Shown here: piece by piece, positions 20,883 through 32,540 of the stretch
Layout: every line of letters starts with the position of its first letter
Numbering within the stretch: the stretch's first letter is position 1
Origin: an uncultured Chloroflexia bacterium
GTDB taxonomy: Bacteria; Chloroflexota; Chloroflexia; QHBQ01; JADMIH01
Length of the DNA stretch: 64,000 nt
Assembly (NCBI GenBank): GCA_963797095.1
Contig: CAWCNY010000002.1
Location: forward strand, 1,152,001 to 1,216,000
Direction: 5' to 3'
Translations under genes and position numbers: made by a program
The notes under the pieces: model-generated
The model's input: the letters and a program-made list of their open reading frames with translations, nothing else
Database searches by the model: none
Told to the model about the DNA's origin: nothing

Positions 20883-21941
20883 ATGGCTGTGACCGAGACA
20901 GGAAATCCTGTACCCACTGCGCAGGTCGTCGTCAAGAACTACAGAGATAGGGAGGACGGCTACGTGCCGGGCGACGTGCTCCTCACGATTGAGGGGCTGA
21001 AGATGCACTTCCCGATCACCAGAGGCCTCATAATCCAGAGGCAGGTAGGGGCTGTGCAGGCCGTCGATGGCCTCGATTTTATCATCAAGAAGGGCGAGAC
21101 GCTTGGCCTGGTGGGCGAGTCCGGTTGCGGCAAGAGCACGGCAGGCAGGGCTATCCTTCAGTTGTACAAGCCAACCGCCGGGCGCGTAATCTTTAAAGGG
21201 ATCGACATCACCAAGCTGGGCAAGTCGGAACTACGCGGCCTGCGCAAGCAGATGCAGATGATCTTTCAGGACCCATACTCCTCGCTCAATCCCCGGATGA
21301 CCGTAGGCGATATCATCGGTGAGCCGCTCAAGGTCCACAGTCTTGCAAACGGCACTGAGAGGCGGGAGCGAATACGCGAGCTATTGCAAACGGTCGGCCT
21401 CAATCCATACTTCACCAATCGCTACCCGCACGAGTTCTCAGGCGGGCAGCGCCAGCGTATCGGTATCGCACGTGCCCTGGCTGTCAATCCTGATTTCATA
21501 GTGGCCGATGAGCCGATCTCCGCCCTCGACGTGTCGATCCGCGCCCAGATTATCAACCTGATGGAGGATTTGCAGGCCGAGTTCGGCCTGACCTACCTCT
21601 TTATCGCCCACGACCTCAGCGTGGTGCGCCACATCTCCGACCGCGTGGCGGTCATGTACCTGGGCAAGATCGTGGAGCTTGCCGACCGTAGCGAGCTATA
21701 TGACCACCCCTTGATGCCCTACACGAAGGCTCTCCTATCGGCGGTGCCGATCCCTGACCCCATAGCCGAAGCCAAGCGCGAGCGTATAATACTGACAGGC
21801 GATGTGCCTTCCCCGATCAATCCCCCTAGAGGCTGCCATTTCCACACGAGATGCCCTATCGCCATAGCCGCCTGTCGCGAGATCGACCCCCCCTTAGAGC
21901 AGAAAGCCCCGGGTCACTGGGCAGCATGCATTAGAGTTTGA
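20883..21941 (+). CDS. dppF: Peptide ABC ATPase (DppF/OppF)
   Basis: [25 protein letters not shown]. Confidence 0.92.
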   Translation: MAVTETGNPVPTAQVVVKNYRDREDGYVPGDVLLTIEGLKMHFPITRGLIIQRQVGAVQAVDGLDFIIKKGETLGLVGESGCGKSTAGRAILQLYKPTAGRVIFKGIDITKLGKSELRGLRKQMQMIFQDPYSSLNPRMTVGDIIGEPLKVHSLANGTERRERIRELLQTVGLNPYFTNRYPHEFSGGQRQRIGIARALAVNPDFIVADEPISALDVSIRAQIINLMEDLQAEFGLTYLFIAHDLSVVRHISDRVAVMYLGKIVELADRSELYDHPLMPYTKALLSAVPIPDPIAEAKRERIILTGDVPSPINPPRGCHFHTRCPIAIAACREIDPPLEQKAPGHWAACIRV

Positions 21942-21998
21942 CGAAAGACGAAAGACGAAGGCGCTCTTGCCTTCGCCCTTCGTCTTTCGTCCTTCGTC
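21940..21998. terminator. Hairpin built from inverted heptamer repeats between convergent genes
   Basis: GACGAAAGACGAAAGACGAAGGGCG ... CGCCCTTCGTCTTTCGTCCTTCGTC. Confidence 0.6.
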
Positions 21999-22001
21999 CC
22001 C

Positions 22002-24740
22002 TTACGGTGTTTCGCAGGCCGGGAAGAAGGCATTAGCTACTATCTTGGCTACCTGCCCCCTGGTGGCGTTGGCTCCAGGTCTGAAGTATGGCAGATTACT
22101 CCCTCCACACGGCTCGCCTGGCCCACCGCATAGATAGCCTGTCATCACGTCCCGGTTAGCTAACCGCCAGATGTAATCGTAGAAGGTTGAGCCTTCCAGC
22201 ACATCCTCGAACTGCTTGTCTCCACTCGGTTCGGTGAAGCCCGCAGCATTTGCCACGATCTTCGATATCTGGCCCCTCGTGACGTTGGCGTTCGGTCGGA
22301 AGTAAGGCAAACTGCTGGGGCCGCAAGGCTCCCCCGGTCCACCACATGGATATCCTACTATATATCCGCGTGTCGCCAGCCTGCCCACATAATCGTAGAA
22401 GGTCGAGCCTTCCGGTACATCCTCGAACTGCGCACCGGTGATAGTGTCGTGGAAGCCTGCGGCATTGGATACGATCTTAGCCATCTGGCCTCGCGTCACC
22501 AGGTTGCCCGGCTTGAAGCATGGGCTGCCGGTGTCGCATCCTGTGGTGTAGCCGTCTATGATACCACGGCACGCCAGGCACCTGATATTGGCATAGAAGG
22601 TATCATCCGGGTCCACGTCCGTGAACTGGATGGGGCAGATTGTAGATGTAGCTGTGGGTGGCACAGGCGTATCCGTGGCGGTAGCCTCTATCGGTGTGTT
22701 GGTGGCCATAGGTGTAGGTGGCGTATCAGTGGCCGTAGGCGGTACCGGTGTATCGGTGGGTGTGTCCGTGCTCGTTGCTGTGGGTGGCATAGGCGTGTCT
22801 GTGGGTGTTGGCGTATCAGTGCTGGTGGGTACCGGTGTGCTTGTAAGCGTCGGTGTATCGGTAGGCACGGCTGTGCTTGTTGGCGTAGGTGTGAGCGTCG
22901 GTGATCCGCTAGGCAATACATCGAGGAATGCCGCCGATATTGGCCCCCAGGTCTGGTATCCTGAGAAATCGTTCTGCCCTCTGCCTCGCACAAAGAGTAT
23001 GTGCCTGCCTACAGGGATTGAAGTGGTATCAATCGTGGCCTGCGCGCCTTCAGTCGGCGCATCAAAAGTGCCGTCGCTCGCTACCATTGCTACAGGTGTG
23101 CCGCCTGCCCAGGGTGGCGTATCCAGGTAATATTCCGCCGCCCCCACGCTCTGGCTGAAGGCATTAAGCTGGTTGTCGCTCGCCCTCCAGTCGAACTTGA
23201 TGGTCGCCGTCAGTGCCACCGAAGAACCTTGTGTGGCCGTCATAGGATCGGTTGCCACCGCGTTTGCGTCGGGTCCATGAGATAGCAGATAGGGCGTGCG
23301 GGCGATCTTGGCGAGGTAAGTCAGCATCCCTTTGTTTTCGGGCCAGATACCTTGCGAGGACCCGCACCCTGGATTATCGATGCAGGAAAACGCGGGCAGG
23401 AAATCGCCGCCGCTCAACTCCGTGGAGATCGAGGCTATGCCAAGCTCTCCGTATGTCCAGTCAATCGAGCCGCCATCAACGATATACAACTGGCATGGAA
23501 TACACCCGTATGGGTAGTCGTTGCCACCCTCGCCGGGCGAGCTTATACGACGTGCGATGTTGTCCGTCTCGTTATAGTTGGGCATCAGTGTGTAGGTCCA
23601 ACCCCACGGATAGAGGTTCACCGGCACGACCGTGTGTAAGTTCTGGTAGACACCTGTGGTCGTGATCGGCGCCGGGTCGGTATCAAGCGGGCCTCGCTGG
23701 TCGGGGATGAGGGTGCGTATCTTATTGACTATAGCTGCCGTCTCCTCATCCGAGCCTGCCGATACGCCGTGATAGGTCTGCTCGCATACGAAATCGGATC
23801 AGCCGCCACAACAATCCCACTTGAATGGGAAGTTGCGGTTGTTATCCACGCCAAAGTGGTCGTATGGAGTAGGCGGCCACGAGCACCCCGATCCGCCCAC
23901 GTTATCACCGTTCTTGCGGTAGTAGTACGGGCTTGAGCCGCCTCCGCCCGCTTCCACTATATGGTGGCCGTCAGGGTTGACCGTTGGCACCAGCCAGATA
24001 TCGGTGTAATCAACCAGCCAGTGCGCGTCAGCATTCGTGTTGTAGTTGTCCAGCAACCAGCTGATCATGCGCATCACTACCTCTGGCGTGGCGATCTCGC
24101 GTGCATGGATATCGCCGTCGGCCCAGAAGACCGGCTTGGGGCCGGCGATTGCCTGGTTGGTGATGTGCATCGCGAACAGGTCGTAGCCGTTCCAGGGGCT
24201 TGGCAGCGTGCAGGAGCCTGGATGGGTCTTGCACCACGAATCGCCATAATCAACCTTCTCGGCAAGAGTCGGGTACTGCGCCACCATCTGATCGAGGAAG
24301 GTGTACATCTCCTCCACGGTCTTGTACCCGCCGAAAAAAGTATCGGGGAGCGATTGCGGGTTGCTCAGGAAGTCGCTCTTGACCGGGTCGATCTCGACCC
24401 GCAGGCCGCGATTCTTGAGATCGTAGTACAAGGCTCGGTCGCGCACCACGGTCAGGTAGCCCCCTGTTGTAGGTATCTCCTCCGGGGCCAGTTCATTAGC
24501 CAATGCATCGCGCTCGGCTAGGCTGCTGAAGTAGACGCGCATTACCAGCACGCTATACTGGTTGGCAAGAGCATCGTTTTGCGCCGTGGCCGTGCTGCCC
24601 GGCAGAGGAGCTGCCGCCTGCGCCGCGCCGGGGCCGGTCGCTCCGCCTCCCGCCGCCACCAGTGGCAGTAAAATCATGAGCGCGGGTATAACGAACCTCA
24701 CCAGCGCCCTTTGCCGAAAGTTGCTCCTGGCTCTCTTCAC
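22002..24740 (-). pseudogene. Secreted M14 zinc carboxypeptidase with Pro/Thr linker and SLH domains, interrupted by an in-frame TGA at 23799-23801
   Basis: Signal peptide, IHARE, NPDG, GVDNNRNF, GGSIDW and TEL motifs, three SLH repeats (TRGQ). The two ORFs are in the same frame and the intervening 57 codons are open. Confidence 0.8.
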
Positions 24741-25080
24741 CTTGCATACCCTCCTTCTGAACGTGAATAAGGGAGGAACATATAACCTGGCAGGCGCGCT
24801 CTATAGTTGCGCCGCGCACCTGCTGGCTATCATTATATCCAATTCCACACTGAATCGCTTCCGTCACTTTATCGCATCCTGCAACAAAAAGGCCGGAAGA
24901 CTAAAATGCAACTGCCGGCGCGCGGACCCTCCTAGCAAAAGGTCCTACAACCGGCAGTAAGGCAGGCCAGAATGACGAGGGGCGTACTCATCAACCGTCC
25001 CATCAGTAATAACGCCCCTTGCCGGAAAAAGATAGGCCCATTCGGTATGTTATACTGAATTCAAGGAGTGTGAAACAGGC

Positions 25081-25497
25081 GTGAACAGTGAAAATTTCGC
25101 CGATCCCACCGATATAGCTGCTATACTGCAAATGAAGCGGATCGCGGTTGTGGGCCTATCGTCCAGCCCCTGGCGTACAAGCCACGACGTATCCCGGTAT
25201 ATGCAATCCCACGACTATACCATCATCCCGGTCAACCCGAATGAAACCGAGGTGCTGGGAGAAAAGGCTTACCCAACCCTGAGCGACTTGCCGGAACCGC
25301 CTGAGGTGGTCGATATTTTCCGACGCTCGGAATATGTGAGCGCTATAGTGGACGAAGCCATCAAGGTTGGCGCGAAGGCGATCTGGATGCAGATCGGCGT
25401 GATCGACTATGACGCAGCCCGCCGGGCGCGGCAAGCAGGCTTGCTGGTGGTGGTTGATAGATGTATTAAGGTGGAGCAAGCGCGGCTTGGGAGATGA
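25081..25497 (+). CDS. CoA-binding protein (YccU-like)
   Basis: IAVVGLS, IIPVNP, VDIFR, IWMQIG, DRCIK. Confidence 0.92.
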   Translation: MNSENFADPTDIAAILQMKRIAVVGLSSSPWRTSHDVSRYMQSHDYTIIPVNPNETEVLGEKAYPTLSDLPEPPEVVDIFRRSEYVSAIVDEAIKVGAKAIWMQIGVIDYDAARRARQAGLLVVVDRCIKVEQARLGR

Positions 25498-25552
25498 AGA
25501 TACTATTGCTTGTAAGTTTGTCGCGACAAAGAGGCTTGCTGTTGGGAGCTAG

Positions 25553-26416
25553 ATGATGCAGACAGGTGTTATCGGCATAATCGGAGGTTCAGGCTTCTAC
25601 AACATGGCTGGGATGACCGGCATCCACACTGTGGAAGTGGATACCCCCTTCGGCAAGCCCAGCGATCCACCTATTCTCGGCAAGATCGCCGGGCGCGACG
25701 TGGCTTTTATCGCCCGTCATGGCAGAGGCCACCGCATTCCCCCTACGCTTGTGCCCGTCCTCGCCAATATCTTCGCCCTCAAGACGCTTGGTGTGACCCA
25801 CCTCGTGTCTGTAAGCGCGGTAGGTAGCATGAAGGAAGAGATCGAGCCACTGCACATGGTTGTGCCCGACCAGATCATCGACCGCACCGTTCACCGCCCA
25901 CGCACCTTCTTCATGGAGGGTCCGGTGGTGCACGTGGCCTTCGCCAACCCCTACTGTGACGAGTTGCGCGACCTGGTTGCCCGGGCCGCCGAAAGCGTGG
26001 GCGCGACCGTTCACCGGGGTGGCACGTATATCTGCATCGAGGGGCCGCAGTTCTCCACCCTTGCCGAGTCGTTCCTCTATAGAAGCTGGGGAGTATCGGT
26101 GATAGGCATGACCTCCATGCCGGAGGCGCGTCTTGCCCGCGAGGCCGAGATGTGCTACGCCACCCTCGCGATGGCTACCGATTACGATTCCTGGCACCCT
26201 GTGCACGACACAGTCACCGCCGACCTGGTGACGCAAAACCTTGTCCGAAACGTACAGCAAGCCAAAGACACAGTATCGGCCCTGGTCAGCATAATCCCTG
26301 ACACCTACGAATCGTCTTGTGTATCGGCTCTCCAGGGTTCCATAATGACTCCGCTCGACCTCGTTCCGCAGGAAACGCTGGAGAAATTCCGGCCCTTGCT
26401 AAATAAGTATTTGTAG
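25553..26416 (+). CDS. mtnP: S-methyl-5'-thioadenosine phosphorylase
   Basis: IIGGSG, RHGRGH, EGPQFST, IGMT, TDYDSW. Confidence 0.93.
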   Translation: MMQTGVIGIIGGSGFYNMAGMTGIHTVEVDTPFGKPSDPPILGKIAGRDVAFIARHGRGHRIPPTLVPVLANIFALKTLGVTHLVSVSAVGSMKEEIEPLHMVVPDQIIDRTVHRPRTFFMEGPVVHVAFANPYCDELRDLVARAAESVGATVHRGGTYICIEGPQFSTLAESFLYRSWGVSVIGMTSMPEARLAREAEMCYATLAMATDYDSWHPVHDTVTADLVTQNLVRNVQQAKDTVSALVSIIPDTYESSCVSALQGSIMTPLDLVPQETLEKFRPLLNKYL

Positions 26417-26516
26417 TCGGTAGTCAGTAGGTGGTAGTCGGAAGACGACCAATGAAACCAGGAACCAGGAACTATAATCCGACTACCAACTACCGACTAC
26501 CGACTACTGACTACCA
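26414..26516. repeat. Inverted heptamer arrays (TAGTCGG)n and (CCGACTA)n
   Basis: Read directly from the sequence; can form a hairpin. Confidence 0.8.
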
Positions 26517-26525
26517 CCCCAGCGA

Positions 26526-27920
26526 ATGATCCAAGCCAGCCCACGAGCCAATTCGCAATCCGCAGTCAGCACCCCGCAGTCCCGGCGAGGTTTCTGGGCA
26601 AGTATCCGCCGCTACAGGTGGACCGAGTTCCGCCTGCTCCTGATCCCTTCGCTTCTGAGCATCATCGGGATGCTGATGGTCATACTTGTGCCTGTGGGGG
26701 CCGTCCAATGGCAGTGGAAGGACCTCTGGATGAGCTTCCTCTTGATCGGCCTTCTGTACGGGGTGCATGTATGGTTCAACTTTGCCCGCCCCTCCGTTGA
26801 TCAGGCATTATTACCTATCGTAGCCACCCTCACCGTCATTGGCCTCGTCATGATCCAGCGGCTTGAGCCTTCGCTTTCGGATGCCTTCCGGGGAATCGCG
26901 AACAAGCAGGTGGTGTGGATCACGGCTGGCATGCTGGCGATGTGGGGCACTGTTGCCTTCTTGCGCGACCTCAACTGGCTCAGGCGCTACAAATACACCT
27001 TCGCGCTGGGCGGGATCATCCTGGTGGCAGCTACTCTCGTTTTCGGCAGCGATGCAGGCAGCGGCACAGGGGTTCGCCTCTGGTTCAACTTCGGCTTCTT
27101 CCAGTTCCAGCCCTCCGAGCTACTGAAGGTGCTGCTGGTGATCTTCCTCGCGGGCTACCTCGACGACAAGCGCGAGCTTTTGGTGCGCGGCTGGCGCATC
27201 GGCCCCATCAGCCTGCCGCCCCTGCCCTACCTGGCCCCTTTGCTTCTGCTGTGGGCTTTCGCTCTTGTGCTCTTTGTCGTGCAGCGCGACCTCGGCAGCG
27301 CGCTCCTCTTCTTCGGTATCTTCCTGTCTTTGCTGTACGTAGCGAGTGGCAAACCCTTTTACGTGGTGGGAGGCCTGCTCCTCTTCTTCGGTGCGGCCTA
27401 TCTACTGAATAACGCGTTCGCCTCGCAGTTCACGCATATCCAGACGCGCGTCAATATCTGGCTGGACCCCTGGCCTGTCGGATTGGGCGACGGCTTCCAG
27501 ATAGTGCAATCGTTGTTTGCTCTGGCATCGGGGGGCGTGCTGGGCAAGGGCATAGGCTTCGGATCGCCCGGCATCATCCCCGCCGTGCACACCGATATGG
27601 TGATCTCGGCTATCGGGGAGGAGTTGGGGCTGGCGGGCACGCTGGCTGTGATAGCCCTCTTCATGGTGCTTGTATACAGGGGCTACCACATCGCCCTCAG
27701 GGCCAGGAGCGGCTACGAGCAATTGCTGGCGGTCGGCCTGACCACGGTGCTCGGCCTCCAGGCGATCATCATCATGGGTGGTGCGATCAAGATGATCCCG
27801 CTCACCGGCATTACCCTACCGTTCATCAGCTACGGCGGCTCCTCACTGATCACGAACTTCCTGATCATGGGCCTGCTGCTTCGTATCTCGGCCCCCGGGC
27901 GCGGTACGACCCGCCTTTAG
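26526..27920 (+). CDS. rodA: SEDS-family peptidoglycan polymerase (RodA/FtsW)
   Basis: FQPSELLK, QRDLGSA, HTD, GEELG, TGITLPFISYGGSS. Confidence 0.9.
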   Translation: MIQASPRANSQSAVSTPQSRRGFWASIRRYRWTEFRLLLIPSLLSIIGMLMVILVPVGAVQWQWKDLWMSFLLIGLLYGVHVWFNFARPSVDQALLPIVATLTVIGLVMIQRLEPSLSDAFRGIANKQVVWITAGMLAMWGTVAFLRDLNWLRRYKYTFALGGIILVAATLVFGSDAGSGTGVRLWFNFGFFQFQPSELLKVLLVIFLAGYLDDKRELLVRGWRIGPISLPPLPYLAPLLLLWAFALVLFVVQRDLGSALLFFGIFLSLLYVASGKPFYVVGGLLLFFGAAYLLNNAFASQFTHIQTRVNIWLDPWPVGLGDGFQIVQSLFALASGGVLGKGIGFGSPGIIPAVHTDMVISAIGEELGLAGTLAVIALFMVLVYRGYHIALRARSGYEQLLAVGLTTVLGLQAIIIMGGAIKMIPLTGITLPFISYGGSSLITNFLIMGLLLRISAPGRGTTRL

Positions 27921-27962
27921 TCTTCTTCGTTCCTTCGAGTTCAAAATGAAAGTTAGCCCATA

Positions 27963-29708
27963 ATGGTTCCTGTTGTTCGCAATCTGGTAAGAGGTTTGGC
28001 GCTGCTGCTGGCGATTGGCCTGTTGGCTTTCGGCATAGTCAGCGACGCGCTCCCCAGACAGCAGGGAGATACTTCGCCTCCTGATGACAGCCGTTGGCTG
28101 ATCAGCCTTGGTCTGGCCTTTATTCTCCTGATGATATTCGCCATCCTGACCGTGTCGGGCGACCCATCGAAACGCGGGGCAACTCCCGATGAGCGTTTCA
28201 GGGCCAATGTCAGGCAACTGGGCGGCTTCCTGCTGGTGGGATTTACTCTCCTAAGCCTCCACCTGCTGCGCGAACAGGTCGTGGCCGCCTCGGCTATCAA
28301 GAACGCGACCGTCGTCACCCCCTCAGGTGAGGTAGTACAGGACCCCCGCAAAATACCCGACCAATTGCGTATTCGCAGGGGCGAGATCTATGCCGGCGAC
28401 CGTCTGATAGCAAGCAGCGAAGTATTCACGCCCTCAACATATGTCCATCGCATCTACCCGGAGCCAAACATCTCATACCTGGCGGGCTACTACAACCCCA
28501 CTGTCTACGGAAGCGCTGGCCTCGAAGCGAGCTTTGACGACTACTTGTCAGGGAAACAGGTGCTCGACCCATTCCTTGAGCAACAGCGCCTGCTCCTCAA
28601 CGAGCCGCCCATCGGAAGCGACCTCTACCTGACCATCGACCCCGACCTGCAAGACCTGGCTCAAGAACAGCTTGGCGAGCGGAAGGGCGCGGTGGTGGTG
28701 CTCGATGCCCAGACCGGGGCGATCCGCGCTCTCGCTTCCTGGCCCCATCTCGATCCCCAGCAGCTTTCGTTCGACCCCTATGCCGACAGTTGGACCGACG
28801 AAAACAAGCGCGTGATCGACTACTACAATTCGCTGCTGGCCGACCCCGACAACCCGCTCATCATGCGTGCTACCCAGGGTCTCTATCCTCCCGGTTCGAC
28901 CTTCAAGACCGTATCGGCGGGCGCGGCCATTGACACAGGCACCGCCAAGCCCACCAGCATCTTCACCGACACCAACGGTACTGTGCAGGTGGAGGCGGGT
29001 GGCTATGTGCATCGCGACTGCTCCACCTGTCGCCCCTCCGGTCACGGCCCCCGCTTCACTCTGATCGAGGGTTACAAGTGGTCGCTGAATGTGGTTTTCG
29101 CCGAGCTTTCCCTGCAAATCGGCCCCAGCAGGATGATGGAGTACGCACGCCGCTTCGGCTTCGGCACCCGCTACGACCTGGGCGTGCCCGTAGACGCCAG
29201 CACCATCGCATCCGACACTGCCCAGCTAGAGGGTAGCAAGAACCTCTTGGCCGCCACCGCCTACGGCCAGGGCGATGTGCAGGCCACCCCCCTGCAAATG
29301 GCTCTCGTGGCGGCGACGGTCGCGCACGGAGGCCAATTGCCCGCGCCTTACCTTGTTTCCTCGATCCGCGACCCTCAGAGCGGCTCGACGGTCTGGCAGT
29401 ACCAGCCCCACGATCTTGGACAGGTCCTTTCGCCCTCAACCAACGCCACCTTGAAAGGAATGATGGAGGAGTCGGTCAAGACCGGGTGGGCCAAAGACGC
29501 CGCCATCCCAGGCGCAACGGTTGGCGGCAAGACGGGCACAGCCGAGACAGGCCGGGATACCGAGCATTCGTGGTTCATCGGTTGGGCTGGCAAAGACCCC
29601 AACAAGCCTCAGTACGCCATCGCAGTAATAATCGAGGATGGGGGCGAAGGCACTCGTGTCGCCCTGCCGCTGGCACGTACAGTGCTTATAGAAGCCTTGA
29701 AGCACTAG
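27963..29708 (+). CDS. Class B penicillin-binding protein (PbpA-like transpeptidase)
   Basis: PGSTFK (SxxK), SLN (SxN), GKTGTAE; adjacent to the SEDS gene. Confidence 0.9.
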   Translation: MVPVVRNLVRGLALLLAIGLLAFGIVSDALPRQQGDTSPPDDSRWLISLGLAFILLMIFAILTVSGDPSKRGATPDERFRANVRQLGGFLLVGFTLLSLHLLREQVVAASAIKNATVVTPSGEVVQDPRKIPDQLRIRRGEIYAGDRLIASSEVFTPSTYVHRIYPEPNISYLAGYYNPTVYGSAGLEASFDDYLSGKQVLDPFLEQQRLLLNEPPIGSDLYLTIDPDLQDLAQEQLGERKGAVVVLDAQTGAIRALASWPHLDPQQLSFDPYADSWTDENKRVIDYYNSLLADPDNPLIMRATQGLYPPGSTFKTVSAGAAIDTGTAKPTSIFTDTNGTVQVEAGGYVHRDCSTCRPSGHGPRFTLIEGYKWSLNVVFAELSLQIGPSRMMEYARRFGFGTRYDLGVPVDASTIASDTAQLEGSKNLLAATAYGQGDVQATPLQMALVAATVAHGGQLPAPYLVSSIRDPQSGSTVWQYQPHDLGQVLSPSTNATLKGMMEESVKTGWAKDAAIPGATVGGKTGTAETGRDTEHSWFIGWAGKDPNKPQYAIAVIIEDGGEGTRVALPLARTVLIEALKH

Positions 29709-29731
29709 CGCGCTGAAAGGAGGCACAATCA

Positions 29732-29917
29732 ATGGCTAGGAACACAGGTCAGGGCTACCGCATCGGAGCCGTCAAACGCCGCTCTCAAGTAGACAACCCG
29801 GCAAATGATCGCTACACCAAACGCGATGCGGAAACGGGCCGGTTCATCGAACAGAAATCGGATGGCAAGCCCTTCAAAGGCGTTCGCAAAGAGAAGCACG
29901 AGCCAGGTGACTCATAG
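29732..29917 (+). CDS. Small basic hypothetical protein
   Basis: Strong SD AAGGAGG; GAVKRRSQ, KRDAETGRF and PFKGVRKEK segments look like a conserved small-protein family. Confidence 0.7.
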   Translation: MARNTGQGYRIGAVKRRSQVDNPANDRYTKRDAETGRFIEQKSDGKPFKGVRKEKHEPGDS

Positions 29918-29928
29918 ATAGTTATGCT

Positions 29929-30690
29929 CTATCTCTCCTGCACCTGGTCGACATCCACCTTCGGCCCCAGGAACTTAGGCTGGTCGTTCACCAGCATACG
30001 CCAGGCTAACCCCATCACCCCTAGATACTCCCGTGCTTCGTTGTAAACTGTCGAATAGGGTTGCCGGTCGGCTATCACACCTACCGACTTCACATGCAGA
30101 TAGTTGCACCCGAACAACGCGCGCGGTAGGTGGAACTGCTGCGTTACCAATGTGGCCGACGTGAGGCCAAACACCTCGCGGGCGCGATAGCAGCTATCCC
30201 AGCTATTGAAGCCTGCATAGTCCAGCACAATATCGTTGTCGGGCACTCCCAGGCCGAGGGCCGTCTGGCGCATCGCCTCCACCTCGTTGTAATTGACCGC
30301 GCTGTTGTCGCCCGTCATCAACAGCTTCTGCACCTTGCCCGCCTTGTAGAGATCGGCGGCGGTCGCCACTCTGTCATACAGGATGGCCGATGGCCCACCC
30401 GCCTGGTTCAGCCCCGCCCCGAATACCATCGCCACGTGGTTCTCAGGCAGCCTCGCATCGTCCCACCTATAGATGAGACCCGATGTCTGCGCGTCGATCC
30501 ACGCCTTCCACAAGAGCATAACCAGCACCACAAGCGCCACCGCCAGCAAAACAAAAGGCACTATCCTGCGTATGAACGACCCTACTGTGCTTCGCCTCGA
30601 TACGGGTTTATGATAGGCGACGCGGCGCGGTCCCATAGGCGTCGGGTCATAAGCCGGCGGCGTTGGGCGGGTGGCGACATACTTTCTCAT
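29929..30690 (-). CDS. SanA/YdcF/ElyC (DUF218) protein
   Basis: VFGAG, LMTGDN, YNEV, DYAGFNSWDSC, VTQQFHLPRA. Confidence 0.9.
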   Translation of the reverse strand: MRKYVATRPTPPAYDPTPMGPRRVAYHKPVSRRSTVGSFIRRIVPFVLLAVALVVLVMLLWKAWIDAQTSGLIYRWDDARLPENHVAMVFGAGLNQAGGPSAILYDRVATAADLYKAGKVQKLLMTGDNSAVNYNEVEAMRQTALGLGVPDNDIVLDYAGFNSWDSCYRAREVFGLTSATLVTQQFHLPRALFGCNYLHVKSVGVIADRQPYSTVYNEAREYLGVMGLAWRMLVNDQPKFLGPKVDVDQVQER

Positions 30691-30752
30691 AACAACCTGA
30701 AACCCTAGTACATAGCTATACTAACTCGGGAATACCCGATTTCCGGGCGTTA

Positions 30753-32366
30753 CTACTCGTTGCGTTTCACGCTATTCCAATAGTCGTTCATCTCATCCAC
30801 GTTCATGCCGCGCAGTTTCTTACCGTCGGCCACCATCGTACGTTCCATCGTGGTAAAGCGGGTGAGGTATTTGTCGTTGGCGCGCCTCATCGCTTCCTCG
30901 GCGTTGATCCCCATCCACTCTGCCAGGCATACGAGCGCGAAGAGCAGATCGCCCAGCTCCTCTCGCCTCTTGTCGAACTCTGTCTCCGCCTTAAGCTCAC
31001 CAAGCTCCTCCTGCACCTTATCGAACACGCCTCCGATATCCGGCCAATCGAACCCAACACGTGCCGAGCGCACCTGCAACTGCTGTGCGCGCTCGAGGCC
31101 GGGCATGGCGCGGGGCACACTCAGGAGCAGCCCTGTGGCCTCAAGCCCTTGCTCTGCCGCCTGCGCAGCCTCGAACTTTCGACCCGCCTTCGCTTTGGCC
31201 TCCCGCTCTCCCGCCTTGATCACTTCCCAGTTGCGCAGCACATGCTCGGCCCCGGTCACCTGCACATCGCCGAACACATGCGGGTGCCGCCTGATCAACT
31301 TGGTAACAATATGCCCGATCACGTCCGACAGCGTAAACTCCTCGGCTGAAACCGCCAGTTGCGAGTGAAACACTACCTGCAACAGCAAGTCGCCCAACTC
31401 CTCGGCCAACATCTCAGGGTCGCCTGCGTCCATCGCGTCCACCGCTTCGTAGGCTTCCTCCAACAGGTGGTGCTTGATCGAGTCGTGGGTTTGCTCGCGG
31501 TCCCACGGGCACCCGCCCGGCCCGCGCAACCTCCCCATCACATATACCAATCCGTCAAAGTCGCGCAGCAACTGCAACGGCTCCAATGGCGCGAGATATA
31601 CGCAAGCCAGGTGGTTGATACCGTGCCGGTGGTCCATCTCGGCAAGCGTGGTCTCAATAACCTGCTCTTGCCCCGGCACCCCCGCATTCAGCACGATCTT
31701 CACCGGGTGATCGTCTTGGTATCGTTCCATCAGCGCCAGCTTGCACGCCGAAGCTATACGATCGTTGTACACCTGGGTCAAGACCACAGGGTATAGCGGT
31801 GACACTCCCGAAAGCGCCGCGAATACATCAGGCTCGGTAGGCAGCGGGTAGGGGCTGAACAAGAACGGCTCTACCTCCTCACCATTCGTCCTTCGTCCTT
31901 CGTCCTTCGTCCCGTAGCCCGCAAGCTCGGTCCCATCCACGATCTGGAGGCCGCGCTCCAGGGGGTCAACGCCCAGCGCGTCGCACACCGGCTCCAGGAA
32001 CGACAAGCCTGCCACTATCTTCAATGTCACACCCTGTTGTTCTCTAGCCATCCCTCGCAGGTGGCGCACAGACGCTTCGCCTATGGAAGGGTGACCGGGC
32101 ACGCAGTAGATCAAAGGCTCTTCCTGCTCTCCTGCTCTCCGCAATAGCTCGGTCGCTATCTGCCGGTAGATCTCCTCGAACCGGCTCTCCCTCTCATACA
32201 GGTAGTCGAACGTGCGCACTTCCAGGTGCTCAGGAAGGTGATCGGCGGTGGGGTGGGTGCGAGTGCGGAGATATACCACTCTCGCCCCATCCAGCAGGCG
32301 CTTGACCTCCAAAGTGACCTGTTCCCAAGCGCCAGGCCCCAGCCCGGCAGCAACAATTGTTGGCAT
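30753..32366 (-). CDS. mazG: YabN-type tetrapyrrole methylase fused to MazG nucleotide pyrophosphohydrolase
   Basis: GLGPG, PGHP, GCPWDREQTH, EEAYE, EELGDLLLQ, RRHPHVFG, GFDW. Confidence 0.92.
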   Translation of the reverse strand: MPTIVAAGLGPGAWEQVTLEVKRLLDGARVVYLRTRTHPTADHLPEHLEVRTFDYLYERESRFEEIYRQIATELLRRAGEQEEPLIYCVPGHPSIGEASVRHLRGMAREQQGVTLKIVAGLSFLEPVCDALGVDPLERGLQIVDGTELAGYGTKDEGRRTNGEEVEPFLFSPYPLPTEPDVFAALSGVSPLYPVVLTQVYNDRIASACKLALMERYQDDHPVKIVLNAGVPGQEQVIETTLAEMDHRHGINHLACVYLAPLEPLQLLRDFDGLVYVMGRLRGPGGCPWDREQTHDSIKHHLLEEAYEAVDAMDAGDPEMLAEELGDLLLQVVFHSQLAVSAEEFTLSDVIGHIVTKLIRRHPHVFGDVQVTGAEHVLRNWEVIKAGEREAKAKAGRKFEAAQAAEQGLEATGLLLSVPRAMPGLERAQQLQVRSARVGFDWPDIGGVFDKVQEELGELKAETEFDKRREELGDLLFALVCLAEWMGINAEEAMRRANDKYLTRFTTMERTMVADGKKLRGMNVDEMNDYWNSVKRNE

Positions 32367-32540
32367 GAATTTGGCTCTTTCTGTATCAGACTATAGGTTA
32401 CAGCTGACGAGTTAAGAGTGGCGATTTATCACGCAATACTACGAAGTAGGCACCAAGCCCCTACCTCGTTCCACTCGGTACCCGGCACTCAGTACTCGGC
32501 ACTCCCATGATAACACGCCTGATCAGAAAGGGGCAAAGCG

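Noticed and set aside
22640-22900. Pro/Thr repeats and the antisense Val/Gly ORF 22621-23130
   Set aside because: Ordinary low-complexity linker; the ORF is its shadow.
23799-23801. Selenocysteine read-through
   Set aside because: The context (GG-x-S) suggests a Ser position in a secreted peptidase, and I recognised no SECIS.
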